From Candidatus Latescibacterota bacterium (GTDB lineage: Bacteria; Latescibacterota; UBA2968; GCA-2709665): a stretch of 26,667 nt of DNA. Each line of letters begins with the position of its first letter. The stretch's first letter is position 1. The stretch is from the NCBI GenBank assembly GCA_963662665.2, contig CAXXJS010000058.1:1-26667 (forward strand), read 5' to 3'. A program made the translations under genes and the position numbers. The notes under the pieces were generated by a model, which searched no databases, had not been told where the DNA came from, and worked only from the letters and a program-made list of their open reading frames with translations. Of this stretch, positions 26,121 through 26,667 are shown piece by piece.

Positions 26121-26667
26121 TCTGAATAATTCACAAAAAAGGTAGTTTCCTTACCCAAGTCATTGTATTATATTATGGTTACGCGAATAACCTGATAACA
26201 ATGAACCGGGAGGAAACTACCGTGGCAGGTCAAGATAAACAACAAAGGATGTCTTTCGCAAGTGTTTCTGGCAAACGGGTAGAAGCCACCTTCGACGGGG
26301 CATGCTGACCAGCGACACCGGGGCGATGCTGCTTCGCGAGGTGGAGGCCAAAATCGGCATTTTGTGTCGGATCGTTGCGGCGATAACAGATCGTCGGCAT
26401 CCAAGTTACGTGGATCACCCGTCGGTGGACCTGCTGACTCAGCGTGTCTTTCAGATGGCGTGTGGGTATGAGGATGCGAACGACTGCAATGCGTTGCGTA
26501 GTGACCCCGGCTTCAAGGCGGCCTGCGATCGGTTGCCGGTCACCGGTGCCAACCTGGCCAGTCAACCCACGATGAGTCGGTTCGAGAACCGGATCACCAG
26601 AGGTGATTTATATCGGATCGCGACGGCCTTTGCCGATGCGTTTATCGCCTCGTATAAGCACCCTCCC
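26121..26667 (+). mobile_element. IS1380-family insertion sequence, left part
   Basis: AT-rich segment beginning TCTGAATAATTCACAAAA (candidate left inverted repeat, preceded by TTAG), then a transposase ORF running off the window. The exact left end is tentative. Confidence 0.75.
26222..26667 (+). CDS. IS1380-family (DDE_Tnp_1_4-like) transposase, 3'-partial, frameshift at 26297-26300
   Basis: GGAGG RBS and GTG 26222. Reads VEATFDG(G)MLTSDTGAMLLRE...QRVFQMACGYEDANDCNALRSDP...LASQPTMSRFEN. One G is missing from a G-run. Not listed in the ORF track because it has no stop inside the window. Confidence 0.88.

Noticed and set aside
1-26667. CRISPR arrays, tRNA or rRNA genes, tandem repeats
   Set aside because: No regularly spaced direct repeats or structural-RNA signatures were seen by eye, and the intergenic spaces are short.

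Overview
GC-rich bacterial DNA from a diderm organism (it encodes a TonB-dependent receptor). The gene families resemble those I associate with Planctomycetota/Latescibacterota/Acidobacteriota-type genomes, but that is inference only. Bases 1-19917 are a run of 13 co-oriented minus-strand genes. They start with a LarA-family racemase/epimerase, a YetA/PcRGLX-like lyase and two Gfo/Idh/MocA oxidoreductases. A tightly coupled enzyme cluster follows: an EhpF/GriC-like adenylating enzyme, an EhpG/GriD-like aldehyde-dehydrogenase-fold reductase, an Fe-alcohol dehydrogenase, a PQQ-type beta-propeller, a HemN-like radical SAM enzyme, a second beta-propeller, a TonB-dependent receptor, a PaaK-like CoA ligase, a flavin-dependent halogenase-like enzyme and a GT4 glycosyltransferase that runs off the left edge. 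I know of no described pathway with this combination. It looks like a scaffold-free (no NRPS/PKS/RiPP) small-molecule or cofactor biosynthesis-and-transport system and is the main candidate for a novel system. Divergent sigma70-like promoters separate this run from a plus-strand operon (SAM methyltransferase, GT2, GT-C/TPR). A convergent heparinase II/III-like gene and the start of an IS1380-family element follow. Several genes near the window ends carry single-base homopolymer frameshifts that look like sequencing errors. No rRNA, tRNA or CRISPR array was seen.
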